A stretch of 64,000 bases of DNA from Pseudovirgaria hyperparasitica (taxonomy: Eukaryota): assembly GCA_010093815.1 (NCBI GenBank), contig ML996566.1, one strand, 5' to 3'. Positions 10,584 through 23,763 of the stretch are shown here, piece by piece. The notes under the pieces were generated by a model. That model saw nothing but the letters and a program-made list of their open reading frames with translations. It ran no database searches and had not been told where the DNA came from. The number at the start of each line of letters is the position of its first letter. The first letter of the stretch is position 1. Position numbers and translations under genes: made by a program.

Positions 10584-11476
10584 TCTTTGATCTTGATCCT
10601 TCGGGATAGATAAAATGTATAATAAGAGGCTCCTGAATATCCGATAAACCCATCACAAGACCATGGAATGATAAAAACTACGTACATCACGTGTAGCTTC
10701 GCGACCTCAAATATAGACTGGCAACAGAATACGCACGGGTGAGTGGTCCTATATGTCAGGATCCCTGTCCACGCAAACAAGCATCACTTGCTGTAGTGGG
10801 ACCTCCTTCTTAGCCTGTAGAGAACCTACACAATATACCCCAAAATCTATATGCTTGTTATCAAAACAAGAACCATCTACACCCGAATAATGAGTACCGT
10901 TGTGTCGATAACCAGCGGGCTCGTCTTGGTCAGCCTGAGTCTCACAGACACAGAATCATATGAGCCAACCGCTTCGCCACCCTGCCACGTTCCCGTAACC
11001 CCTCTCTGTCTACACACTAAACTAGTCAAATGTGGGGTTATAGCGTCAACGACGGAACGGATGCGCCTGATGTGGAGCGAGCGAACATGTGGTGGATGCG
11101 CAGGTAACCGAGCTAGGACGAGCGGAGCCGCGATAAATCGTCTCGCGGTGGGATCATGGGAGAGCGTTTTCCTCATCTGGTCTCGAGGCGCGCTATGAAT
11201 AAAGAGCTTAGGGGTAGGAGTGGGGTGTAGTAGACAGGGATAGGACTTCGAGAATTGGGAGGTTGTCATGCAAGGAGGACTTGTCATGCGAGAACTCAAT
11301 TATATGCTCGATAAGATTTATGAACCAAGCCGGGTTCATTTGGTCATGCCAAGTTGAGTTGGACAACATGAGGGGTAAATTGTTGATTCAATTTCTCGTT
11401 AGGTGATATATACATGACAGGCAGGTAAAGCTGTGCCTATTTCCTTGAAATTACATTATTTTTTGGTTCATATTGC

Positions 11477-13071
11477 TTAACCGAAGAGAGCATCACCAAG
11501 GCGAATGGATACAGTCTTGGTCTGTAGGTAATTATCAAGAGCGGCCTCACCAAGCTCACGGCCGATACCAGACTCCTTGAAGCCACCGAACGGTAGCTGG
11601 TGATGGAGAGTATTGTAGGTGTTGACCCACACTGTCCCGGCGCGTAGAGCATTCGAAACCTCGATGGCAGTATTGAGGTTCGATGTGTGGACAGCCGCGG
11701 CGAGACCGTAGGTAGTGGCGTTACCTAGACGAATAGCATCTTCCTTGTTCTTGAACTTTGCAATGGAGCAGACTGGGCCGAAAATCTCCTCTTGCATTAT
11801 CTTCATGTCCTCAGACACGTTGGAGAAGATGGTTGGCTCGATGAAGTAACCCTTCTCACCCTTTCGCTTACCTCCGATTTCGACAGTGGCACCAGCAGTC
11901 TTACCAGCATCAATGTAGCTCATAATGCGGTCAAACTGAACTTGCGAGACCTGAGGACCCTGGAAAGTATTGGCATCGAATGGGTCACCAACAACATTCT
12001 TAGCCGCGCGCTCCTTGAATCGCTGGACGAACTTGTCGTAGATAGACTCCTGAACGTAGATACGAGATCCAGCGCAGCAGCACTGGCCATGGTTGAAGAA
12101 GATTCCAAAGTTAACCCATGATATGGCGTTGTCAATGTCGGCATCCTCGAACACTAAGTTAGGGCTCTTTCCACCGAGCTCAAGAGTTACCTTCTTGAGG
12201 TTAGAGCCAGCGGCAGCCTTCATGATAGTGCGGCCGACGACAGTTGAACCTGTGAACGCGACCTTGTCGACATCCATATGTGCAGAGATAGCGGCACCAG
12301 CAACCTTGCCGAAACCAGAGATGATGTTGATAACACCTGGTGGAAAGCCAGCTTCTTTGATGAGATTCGCAGCAATCAAAGCTGACAGAGGAGTCTGTTC
12401 AGCGGTCTTAAGGACAACGGTGTTACCGGCAGCGACAGCGGGGCCAATCTTCCACGCCCACATGAGGATTGGAAAGTTCCACGGGATGATCTGACCGCAC
12501 ACACCAATCTGTACAATGTTAGAGTATCCTCTCATGTTATTCAAGGGAATATATAACTCACAGGCTCCTTCTTGATGTAGTTAAAGGTGTCAGGTGTGGT
12601 GTCTACGACCTTACCCTCAATCTTGTCTGCCCATCCACCGTAGTATCTGAGTGTAGCGGCGGCCATGCCCACATCGCCCTTTGCCATAGTGATGGCCTTA
12701 CCGTTATCTAGCGACTCACAAGCGGCGAGCTTATCGATGTTGGCCTCCATGAGATCGGCAAGTTTGCGTAGAAGCTTGCCACGGTTCTCTGGGGTCTCTT
12801 TTCTCCAAGCACCCTCGAATGCCTTGCGGGCGGCGGCGACAGCAATGTCGACATCCTTTTCGGTGGCCTCAGCAACAGAAGTGATGACTGTTTCATCGGC
12901 TGGGTTGACGACTTCAAAGGTCTTGCCATCAACACCGTTGACCCATTCGTTGTTGATGAAGCTGCAGCAGGGTTAGCAGTCCGATAGAGTGACGGATGGG
13001 TTGTCGGAGACTTACAGGCCAGTGGGCTGCTCCCACGAGGCGTGAGCGGTCTTCAATTGAGCGGTAGACAT
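11477..13071 (-). CDS. NAD+-dependent aldehyde dehydrogenase (AldA/ALD5-like), 3 exons
   Basis: [53 protein letters not shown] and EEIFGPV. Introns at ~12962-13015 and ~12509-12561. Confidence 0.95.
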
Positions 13072-14381
13072 GATATTTTCGTGTTATGAGGTCAACTGTT
13101 GATTGTAGAAGGTGTATGTGGAGAGCAAAAGAGATCTGGGCAGGGTGGCGGGGAATGTGAAGGTTAAGTAGGCGCACGGCAGGTCGAGCATCACGGTATC
13201 AGCGATCCATTGCTCGTCCTGCCCTCATCATAGCGCGGATGCATCAACAGGTGGAGCTTCCGGTTACTACTATGGATACAGCCAGATCCGCGCGGTCTCG
13301 AATGGAACAGGAGTGGGAGCCAGCTTGATCAAGCCAATTGGAATGCCACCACCAAACATGGAGGCCCCTCCCAGCTAAACAAGCTGTCCCTCCGCCCGTA
13401 AACATTTCACTGCGGGGGCTGTCTCGACCCCGCAGCGTCACTCTCTGCACAACTTGTTGAACTGTCCGAGCCTTCTCCGAGCACTCCTGATGCAAAGTGT
13501 GTTGTCATGTAATATGGAGGTTTGCAATTGTCGATGACCTGCCTCGGATTTCCTTCCCAGTCCTGTCGCATGCATCTAGAATCAGCACCAGCAATGGATC
13601 AATTCTACGCTCTTCTATGCGTGCTGTAAGAGTGATATATATGTCGGTCTCATGGCCACCGAGGTCGTCTGCACAGTAGTAGAATACTGCAAATTTACAC
13701 TCACCCTGGTAGATGATATGCCACTAAGCTGCCCCTCGTCTCACTCGGCTTCCTTTGGAGCGAGCCATGTTTACCGTCACCACGGGTGTTCAATAATGAC
13801 AGAGAGCGGGCCTGGTGTCAATCCAGGCGTGGTGGACGTACACCATGCCCAATTGTCTTCACAATACGCTGCGCCTTCAACGCAGTCGTACCCAGCTACA
13901 ACGTTATCTGCAGAATCTGAGGCACAGTGGCGTCTTTGCCTAGCCAACCACTCCTTATCCCGTGTCAATATTCCGCACAAACGGAACTTGGTTCTGCCTA
14001 GTGAAAGTATTGCGTGACCTCCTGTCGCCGAGCAATGTGCACTCGTCCGGGCCGTACACTGGTAGTGGATTGGCGCTGTAATGGGAAGTCATTCAAGAAC
14101 CGTAAATCCCGTGATTGGTAGTGGCAAAGGTGTTTCCATTCCTTTTGTTTGAATATGCCCTAACTATCAGAACCCTGCATGACCATCGCCCGCCTGGTCC
14201 TGATCGTGATGTCCCCTCTGAATCAAACTCTTACAAGCGCCGTTGCCCCATTGTTGACCATTTGGATATGTCGATCGATAATACAGATATAAGAAAAGCC
14301 AGTCTGAGAAAACACTTTGAATGGAAATCCGAATGCAGGTCGTATTACCGCGCAGCGGACAAATGTCGGATCTGTCATCGA

Positions 14382-16016
14382 TCACTGAATATCGTCGACC
14401 ATGCCGACATCTCCACCATTAGTGGCTGGTTGCGCTGAACCTCCATTGGGTACGGTTGTATCACCTGCTCCGCCAACGAAGTAGTCAGCCATATCAGCAT
14501 CGAGCTCTTCCTGTGTCTTCTTGGGCTTTCCCCTAGGCCCACCACGCTTCGCCTTTCCAGCCTTGCCAGTAGCCGGCTTCGCGGCGTTGGCAGGTTTAGG
14601 CTGAGCCTTTGTGGGCTTAGGTTTTCTGCGGGAGTATTAGAATTGCGCAGGCTCCAGAGAACAGTGGCTACACTCACGTGATCCGATCTTTCAAGTTCTT
14701 GGCCTGCGGAATTGCGGGAGCATCGTGAGGTCCGAGGACGAGTTCAACCTTCATGGGCGATTGGTCAACCTTAACGCCATTCATCTCCTCCGCGGCTTGG
14801 GCGGCTGCATGAGAATCGCGGAAGATAACGGTGCAGATCCCGCGGCTCTTGCCGTCTGGTCCATAAGACATCAGCACTTTCTTGACGGGGCTAATTGTCT
14901 TGCCGAAGTACTCCTGTGAGAGAAAGGGTTTTGATTAGTCCACGGCAAAGAAGTTTGCGATGAAAACGCAGAATACACAAGGATTGCATGGTAATATTGC
15001 CAATCCTGAAACTCCAGTCCGGTATGCAGGAACGTATGATGTCGAAAAAGCCACAACAGCGGTCACAGCAGCAGCAAAGGTCAGCAAGTTAGTAACGGTG
15101 ACCTGCTCCGTGTCGTTCGGATGACTAGGTCAAGTGTGTAAAGATGTGACCTATGAAAGCCAAAGTTGGACCGTTGAGGTTCATGATGACGATGAGATCA
15201 TCACTAATCCCGTTGGTGCGTGTCTGGAAACACGTACATGAGCGAATATAAACAGACTGAGGAAATTGGGCGATATTCATCAATCGAGAAACAGGTCCGG
15301 CCGATATAAAAGACTGCTGTGAGGCTGCCCTTCGCTGCTGTGTTCACTGATGGGTTTGTTTTCACCATGAACCAATCGCGCCGGTAAATCGAATAACATG
15401 AGTCTGCTTCGTACACTCCTACAGTCCTGCATACTAGCTGAGATCTGTGCTGACCAGGCACCACTAAGCAGTATTCACGCCAGGAACTGTATGTATAGAG
15501 TGGTTCTCGATCCGCATTCAGCATATTCAATGCGAGCAGGATGAGAGAAGAGCACGCATAACTCCAGAGCGTTTGACTCATGGTTTGCTCCGGGTAGGAG
15601 TAACTTTGTGGAATAGGGGTGGATGATATCGCACGAACGTCTCACGGATAGGAGTAGGAGTTTCAAGGGCTCGATAGCCTTCACGGCAAACGTACCTTCA
15701 TCATAGCCTCAGTGACATCTGGGGGCTGTAATTGTTAGTGCGAGATCTCTTTACGTTCTTGGCATGGACATCTTGTACGAACCAAGTTGCTGACGATAAT
15801 CTTGCTCTCGACTGAGCGATGTGGTCCAGTTGGTACAGCTCGGCTCCCGACTGGCTTGACGGCCTTTGTCGTCTTCTTCACGCCTCCAACAGGAGCGGTG
15901 ACAGTTCCATTGGTCTTGGCAGTACCTCGTGGACCGCGACGAGTTGCACGCCCTTTAGTCTGGCTGCGAGCTCCTTTGAGGATGTCATCGAGAGATTTGT
16001 CAAGTTTTCCGGTCAT
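14382..16016 (-). CDS. YRA1: mRNA export adaptor Yra1/ALY (REF family), 4 exons including a 782-nt intron
   Basis: N-terminal KLDKSLDDI box, RRM (SKIIVSNL|PPDVTEAMMK|EYF..YGPDGKSRGICTVIF) and C-terminal KKTQEELDADMADYF box. Introns 15726-15782, 14914-15695 and ~14626-14677. Confidence 0.92.
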
Positions 16017-16510
16017 CGTGCTGGTGTCGGTTGAAGGATAGTTGAGCTAGGTATTTTGATAGCTCGTAGCAAGGAGCGTTATGCAGTAAGCGAAAGGTAT
16101 GTAAGACTCAAGGACTGAGCTCTTCTGAAAGCAATTTTGGTCGGTGAAGCCGTGACGCGCGCGCGAAGTATACGCGGGATGGCAGGCTTGAGGTGAGAAA
16201 TCTTTCAGAAGCTAGACGTCGGATTAAGTGCGACGACGGTAAGTGAGAGTTCGTGACGCGTTTTTGATGATGCGCAAGGTTAAAGTGATGTGAGGTCGGT
16301 GGTGACTGATTTAACAGTGGTAAAGAACAGGAATCGCGACAATTAGGCAGGAGGGAGGCGGCCCAGCTTAGACTATAAGGCTAAGCCTGTTGCGATACAT
16401 CGATCACGTGCCAGGCCTGAGGCTGCCGCGCTATTGATCCATGCCGTAGCTCAAGTTACCAATGCACGCATTCCGACGGTACCTAGAAGGCAAGAAGATG
16501 GACCGGTGAA

Positions 16511-19500
16511 ATGGCGTTGTCAGTAAGTCGACCGTGAACCAAAACTCGCGTGCACATCCACTGATCGCGCGCAGTGGAAAGCCTTCAAATTCTTCGACGT
16601 CGCCCAGGTGAAGCTTCCTGAAGATGAGATTGCTTCTCTATCTGAGGTATGAGCTGTAACGATGATCACAGCGGGTTTGCTAAGATAGAGTAGCAGGGCA
16701 ATATCACCTCAGTAGCCTCTGGTTCCGAGAATGTATTTCTTGGAAGCACAGATGGCCAGGTTCGCATCCTCTCGCATACTTTCAAAGTTGTCCGAACCTA
16801 CAAGGCGCATGATGAGGGTGCTATTACCCATATGAAGCAAGTCCAGGGAACTTCGCTGCTAGTCACAATCGCAGAAGACTCCCCGAAGGAGCCTGTGCTG
16901 AAGGTGTGGGCGCTGGACAAGGTAGAGAAGAAAACTGGGATGCCAAGATGTCAAAGTACGCTGACGATACACAACGGGCGGAGACCTTTCCCTGTAAGTA
17001 GAGATAGGTGGACCATAATTAATGGCTGACATGAAAAGATTACTGCATTCGCGGCCCTCGAGGACCTATCACAACTTGCCGTTGGTTTTGGAAACGGATC
17101 CGTCACAGTGGTACGTGGAGATCTGATACACGATCGCGGCGCGAAACAGCGGACAGTCTTCGAGACTGAGGAGCCCATAACTGGTATTGAGTTCCGAGAA
17201 GGCAATACAACAACGCTTTACATCGCTACTACGGGAAAAATTTCAACTCTGATCATATCCGGGCGGGGACAAGGGCAACCGGCTCGTTCGCTAGAAGACA
17301 CGGGTTGCGCAGCTGGTTGTATGTGCGTGGATAACTATACACGTGATGTGATAGTGGCCAGAAATGATGCAATATACTCTTATGGTCTTGCCGGACGAGG
17401 TCCCGTACATACATATGAAGGACCTAAAGATCGAATTGGCATATTCAAGGACTACGTCGCTGTGGTTTCTCCCCCTAGGACAAACACCAATATTCGCACC
17501 GGCGTTTTTAGGGCTTTCGGTGTGGGTCAGGCCGATGACTTATTCAACACATCACGTTTCACCATCCTTAACACAGATCTAAAATTCATTGCATACGAAG
17601 AGTCTCTAAGCTCACGTGTGAAAGCCATATTCTCGGAATGGGGAGACTTTTTCGTTATGACCGATGATGGCAAAGTCAGTACGCTCAAGCACATAAGTGG
17701 ACCTCTGCTGACGTTTACAGCTTTTCAGATACCGCGAGAAAACTTTGCAACAAAAGCTAGATGTCTTGTACCAGAGAAACTACTACATACTTGCCATCAG
17801 TCTTGCGCAAAAGTCTGGCGTAACCACTGCACAGTTGAACGTAATCCTACGGAGATACGGGGATCACTTATATCAAAAGCAAGATTATGATACAGCGATG
17901 CAGCAGTACCTCAAAGCTATCGACAACACAGAGCCTTCGCAGGTCATTAGAAAGGTGCGCTGGCCCGGTAGCTTTCATAAAGTATGTTCTGACAAGTACC
18001 AGTTCCTGGATTCCCAACGTATCCAAAATTTGATAGAATATCTGGAGGAACTTCATGAGCATCATAGAGCCACTTCAGATCACACAACATTACTTCTAAA
18101 CTGCTACGCGAAGCTCAAAGATGTAAAGAAGCTCGAAGAGTTTATCAAATCACCAGGTGATCTGAAGTTTGATCTAGACACCGCCATATCAATGTGCCGT
18201 CAAGGTGGCTACTTCGATCAAGCCGCTTACTTAGCAAGGAAGCATAATGAGCACGAACTTGTCGTGGATATTCTGATCGAAGACTCGAAACTCTACGCTG
18301 AAGCCTTGGCATACATATGGCGGCTGGAGCCGGAGGAGGCATGTGGCATGCCCAGTATATTGAGGGGAATAGAGCTAATGCTTTCCAGGCCTTTCACAAC
18401 ATTACCAAGTATGCGACAGTACTCCTGGAGCATTGCCCAAGAGATGCAACCACGCTTTTCATCGACTACTACATTGGCCAGTTCCGGCCGAAGAAGGATA
18501 CTGTGGTGGTTCAAAATGTGGCCACGAGCTCGGGAGGCATGGTCTCAACGGCATCTAATGCTGTCCAGAACCTTGCAGCACTCTTGCCCTTGCCATATAT
18601 GAACGCAAATGCTGCCCAAACGTCCAACGAGGAGCAGAAGTCCACCATGAGCCAAACACAGATCGTAGAGATGGATAATGACGATTCCACTCCAGAGTAC
18701 AAGATCCCGAAACCGCGTTCCGCTTTCTCGGCATTTGTGGATCACCCGGATGAGTTTGTCACGTTTCTCGAATCTTGCATCAATTCTCAAAAGCTGGGCG
18801 AGGATGATAAGACAGATCTGTATACTACTCTGTTTGAGATGTACATCCATACAGCTCGCAACAAGAAGGACGAGGAGCGGGAAGAATGGGAAACCAAGGC
18901 TAAGAAACTTATTGAAGGGAAAAACATCCCTATCGACACCTCAAATGTCCTTTTGCTTTCCCACCTTTCAAATTTTCGCGACGGCACCATCCTCGTACGT
19001 GAGCAACAAGGCCTCAGGTTCGACATATTCCGATCTTATACGAATGCTAAGGATACCAAAGGCGCCATTAAAGCACTTCGCAAATATGGTCCAGAGGACC
19101 CGCAGTTGTATCCCGCGGCTCTAGCATATCTCACGTCTAGCCCAGCCATCTTGCAAGAGGCAGGTGACGAGCTCGATGCAGTTTTGCGAAAGATAGACGA
19201 CGACGGGTTGATGGCACCCTTACAGGTCATACAAACCCTCAGCGCTAACGGTGTAGCAACTATGGGCATGATCAAGAAATATCTTAGTGGGACTATTGAG
19301 CGCGAAAGGCAGGAAATATCAAACGTAAGCTTCATACCTTTCTGGTCCGTAATGCAAATCTGACGTGGGCTGCAGAATCGACGAACTACAGCGACTTTCA
19401 AGAAAGACACAGCCGAGAAGCTAGCGGAACTCGAAACGCTCAACACAAAACCGGAAGTCTTCCAAACAACGAGGTGTTCTGCATGCGGTAATTCGCTTGA

Positions 19501-19759
19501 CCTACCGACGGTACGCTTTCTATGTAAGCATTCGTTCCATCTTCGATGCTTGAACGTTACTCAAGAAGATGATATTGAGAGCGGTGACGTTGAGTGCCCC
19601 ATATGCGCCCCCAACAACGCAACGATCAAGGCAATACGAAAGGCACAACTAGAAAGTGCGGAGCGTCATGATCTTTTCAAAGATGCATTAAAGAGTAGTC
19701 AAGACGGCTTTGGAACGATCAGTGAATGGATGGGTCGTGGTGTTATGGGCGTCGAATAG
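16511..19759 (+). CDS. VPS11: HOPS/CORVET subunit Vps11/Pep5, multi-exon
   Basis: MALS|WKAFKFFDV start and a beta-propeller region. YGDHLYQKQDYDTAMQQY, FLDSQRIQNLIEYLEELH, DHTTLLLNCYAKLKD, a C-terminal RING (CSACG..CKHSFHLRC..CPIC) and a Vps11_C tail. Confidence 0.93.
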
Positions 19760-20242
19760 CTTGGAATAATGAATCAAGCATGACACCAAAGCAATGCATG
19801 TTCTTGTGTACAGGCTATGGCGTATATGTATATCAGAGCTATGATTCGGAACATGCTTGGAGAAAGGCACGTTACTGCTCTGGAAGTAGATCCCACTAGT
19901 AAATAGAAACATAGTACTAATCAAAGGATAATCATATATTGGTATATTGAATACTATTCTGCTAATACAGAATTATACTATATCATACTACTCAAAAGTC
20001 TTACATTTACCAGAAATCTATTACGTGAACTCTCCAGGTAGAAATAAAAGCTATCCATATAGTGTACTCTATATTAACCCACAGTTGAATCAATAATGTA
20101 ATAATCGAACAAAATGTTGATTTATGCTCAGATCTACTTAAGTCCTCTTGTCGCTTTCCTTCTTTTCAGCCTAGGGACTATATAGCCTGCCTGGCCTCAT
20201 TTGGCAAGAGCGCATTGCTCGATAATCATGTACGCAGTCATA

Positions 20243-20880
20243 CTATTTCAGCTCCTCCTGAAACGGATCCTGCGCAACTGTGACTGACTCCTTCAGTCCC
20301 GGCATGTTGTTCTGGTCCATAGTCCCTGTCGCACAGAACAGTGTTGCATTGCCAGTGCCGTCATTGAACTGTACGTCGATGGTGTAGGAGAATTTCTTAG
20401 GCCCGCCGAACAAGCTCAATTGGAATATAGGACTTTGTAACACAACCAAGTTCCCTGGAATATACTCTTGAGGACAATTCGTGCCATTGGTAAATGTACA
20501 CCAATCGTACGACTGCATCAATCCGCTTCCTCCCCACACTACCCAGTTAGAATCGATGTTGATATGAGTATTGGCGGTAAAATTTTGGAGGTCGGTTTCT
20601 GAAACAGATTCAAGTAACCAGGAAAACTGAATCGGTGTTTCAGGAACCTGTGTGCTATTGTCCGGACAGCAACACTCGTATTAGCAGGACGCTTATTGAA
20701 ATGTTTGTTGACAAGGAGGGCTTACAGTTGGCTCACAAATGTCAGATTAGACGAACCAAATGACCATAAGCTCGGGTCGCTGCAATAGGTCAAGTTACTG
20801 TTGCCGGATACTGTAGGCCATGTAGAACCCAACGTAGTGGCAGCCATTGCCAGTAAATTCAATACTGTGCCATACCACAT
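20243..20880 (-). CDS. Small secreted protein (~188 aa), ML/NPC2-like lipid-binding fold likely; 2 exons
   Basis: Signal peptide MWYGTVLNLLAMAATTLG. Intron 20655-20725 (GTAAGC..CTAAT..TAG) gives a continuous frame. Four Cys in a YC / DWC..CP / LFC pattern resembling ML domains. Confidence 0.65.
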
Positions 20881-21157
20881 CGTCAGGCCTCTCTTGAAAT
20901 GATGTATACGTATGGGTAGTTTGGAAAGACTTTTGTAAAGCTAATAGCAAGGATAGGAGTAGCAAGGAAAGTGGAATGATAACCTCAGTACTAAGCTATT
21001 CGTTGTGAATCAGGTCATGGGCTCGGAGATATATAGACACGAAAATATAAGTAGGATTCTTACTCTAGCCTTTTACAAACAGCATCGATCCGTGTTCATG
21101 CTCTACAGAATAGATAGATACAGTGCTGAAAGTCCACTCCTTGATTGAAGCAGTCCA

Positions 21158-21255
21158 TCCATTAGGACGTGGCTGACAGTCTAGGCCCAGTACTTCCATG
21201 CCAAGTACTCCATTACGCGACGTGGCAGCAAGTCTAGACCAGGTATACTTCCATC
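21158..21255 (+). repeat. Degenerate ~45-bp tandem duplication
   Basis: tccattaggacgtggctgacagtctaggcccagtacttccat versus tccattacgcgacgtggcagcaagtctagaccaggtatacttccat. Confidence 0.6.
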
Positions 21256-21299
21256 TAACACGAGGTAGAAGCCAACCATAGCCGTCTTGAATCGTCTCT

Positions 21300-21660
21300 T
21301 AATGACAACTCACTAAAAATAAACCTCCATATAATGCTAAACCTGTGATAAGAAAAACGACACAAAAAAGAGCTAAAGAAAAGTTAAGGCTTAGAAATGA
21401 AAGGCAACTTATTAGATGTATACTATGGTAACTTTAGATAATTAGCTAGAATTAGATTATCTACTTATTATTCGCTCTAGTACTTAATATACCTAATAAT
21501 TAGAGGGTATACTTAGAGAGAAGAAGGCTATATATCTATATTACAACGTAAATAAGTTCCTACTAGATAACTTATTAACGTAATAAGAATTATAATCAAT
21601 ATGTATATATATCTGGATAACCACTCTCATAGAACTTACTGTTATGAGGAGAGGTAAAAG
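21300..21660. mobile_element. AT-rich RIP-like relic next to the tRNA gene
   Basis: Very low GC, dense TpA/TAG words, no credible ORF. Confidence 0.5.
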
Positions 21661-21688
21661 AATATCATCGCATGTCCCAAAAGAATAG

Positions 21689-21797
21689 TGACAAGAGTGG
21701 GATTTGAACCCACGCTCTTTCGAATTACGGAGCTGAAGCCGAGTGCGACACTCGGGTCTGCCTAAACGTAACGCCTTAACCACTCGGCCATCTTGCC
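21689..21797 (-). tRNA. tRNA-Leu(UAG) with 30-nt intron (21731-21760)
   Basis: GGCAAGA/TCTTGTC acceptor stem, TGGCCGAGTGG A-box, TTACG/CGTAA anticodon stem with TT-TAG-G, extended variable arm and GTGGG-TTCAAAT-CCCAC T-arm. Confidence 0.93.
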
Positions 21798-22432
21798 TAT
21801 TTTAGAGAGTATCTCGTTGTGATAATTATATATTAAACTCAAATTTTGTGAGACAGCCGCATAGCATAACGTGATACGTACGTAATATAGAGACTAATTA
21901 ATTAGTATCTACTATATTCTCGACAATTCGAATTTCTAATCTACCATAACGTCGGAGACACCAGCTTCGGCCTTGAGAGTGCACCCTACGAATGCGACAA
22001 TCACATCGACTGCTCGCACTGATGCACATCCATATAATGCCGCGATCATTCATGTATAGTGTAGTGTGTGCAGGACCAAGATCATTTTGTTTCTCCCTGT
22101 AGGGCTCGTCGTATCAAGCTCTAGTCTTTGTTTGGCCTATGCGATAGAGCCTAGCCTACTCCCTAGCTTGAGCTCAGATATGATATTGTCATGCTTATAA
22201 TTATTAGTTATTTGAGTATGATTAAGATGTCTTGTTGGTAGGTAAACTAGATACTAACGTACGGTATGCGATTTACTGTATTAAATTGGCCCAAGCGTCG
22301 ACTTTTTAGAGCTCTGTACCCTTGTAGCCTGTTGGGCTGACTTCGAAAAAAGCTCCATCGGCGGAGTCACATCGCACAACACACGTTGGACACTCCACCA
22401 CACGCTTTCTTTGTTCATAACGTCTGTCCAGC

Positions 22433-23763
22433 ATGGCAGACATTGATGAAGACACTATGGAACTTCCTGGGGCTGTTAATGGCGACATCGACCTCAGCGA
22501 TGAGACGCAAGACTTCCGCTTCCTGAATGTCCTCAAGTATAGCCTTCGACACGCCCTGAAGACAATTGCTGATGGGTACCTGCAGTTTCACAGGCGGTAC
22601 AGATGTCAAGATACCCAAGCGCGGAGAGAAAGACTTCGAGCCACACAAAACATCGCTCCAATCGTCTACACTGGCTGCTTCGCGCGAGGCGATGCATAAT
22701 GCTCTATCCACTCCCAGAGTCCACAAGCCGAAAGCACACCAGATCGCTGTTTATGACCCGCACTCGAACATGGCGCATATAGAACACACAAAGGGATCCT
22801 ACACCGCCTCGATGGGAATACATAAGGCAGGCAAGCTTTGGTTACTGCCAGAGGAGGCCTTACATCTACTTGAACGCGGCGACCTTGACGTGCGATGGAC
22901 TGTACATGAGGACACTCATGAAGTGAATGATCGTACACACGAATCAGGAGGGATACCTATGAGTCTGCAAGGTGCATATGCAGCGTTCATAGGCATGGAA
23001 CGTGCTGAAGGCAGGAGACTCACCCTTGAGATGTACACAGTATACTCAGCACTCAAAAGGGGAGGATATACGGTTATGCGTTCTGAGGATTGGAGCGATA
23101 CGAGACCCCCAATCGACACCTCCTGTGCGCCTAAGAATGGAACTTCTTTCCTTTTGAATACTTGGCTAGGACGCCTCTTCTTTGGATCATCACCAGTGCC
23201 CTCGGAGGGGTATGCCGTAGGACCGCTTGTTAGGCCAGGGCTATACAGGAGCTACAGTATGATTCGTGTTGAACTATACTAGGCCATTCGCTAATACTAC
23301 CACGTCAGAGGACATATACCGACTTCTTAACATCGTTTCTACGCATAACCCCACCGCTCCACCATCTTTCTCTCTCCCCTCAGACATCGAGAACCCCTTT
23401 CGATTGACATACAATGTCTGGAAACCCAACTCGAATTTCAAAAAGCGAGCACCGCCACCTCCAGATTTCCGAATTTGTGTCATTGACGCGCGAAATACAC
23501 CTGTGCCCACTCTTTCCCAATTGAACGATCTCATCGTGACGACACCGTATGATCCGCCCCAGAAAGATAAGTCTTTGGAGCAATCGATGAAGCATGGACA
23601 TCGCAATGTCGTACTTGCTGTGGTCGATCAAGGTATAACCAGTTACATACGCTTCAGTGATGCTGGATTTAGCCAGGATCCGATGCACGAGAGGAAGCTC
23701 AAAGCCAGCAGTAAACGGGGCGGAAAGGGAGGCAGAGGACGTGGACGTGGACGAGGACGATGA
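22433..23763 (+). CDS. SEN54: tRNA-splicing endonuclease subunit Sen54, 3 exons
   Basis: DETQDFRFL, IPKRGEKDFEP, LWLLPEEALHLLERG, MSLQGAYA, VYSALKRGGY, PGLYRSY, VWKP..FKKRAPPPPDFRICV and VVLAVVDQG. Confidence 0.92.

Noticed and set aside
10860..11300. GC-rich stretch between TRM2 and ALDH considered as telomerase, RNase P/MRP or U3 RNA
   Set aside because: No template (TAACCCTAA) or conserved boxes recognised.
13140..13420. SYGGRG (CreA-like) sites upstream of ALDH
   Set aside because: Plausible biologically, but a degenerate 6-mer cannot be supported without conservation data.
15081..15204. Possible box C/D snoRNA in the YRA1 long intron (GTGATGA..CTGA on the minus strand; CCGTTACTAA complementary to a 5' LSU rRNA segment)
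   Set aside because: No convincing terminal stem, the complementarity is not positioned correctly next to box D, and TACTAAC is equally explained as a branch-site word.
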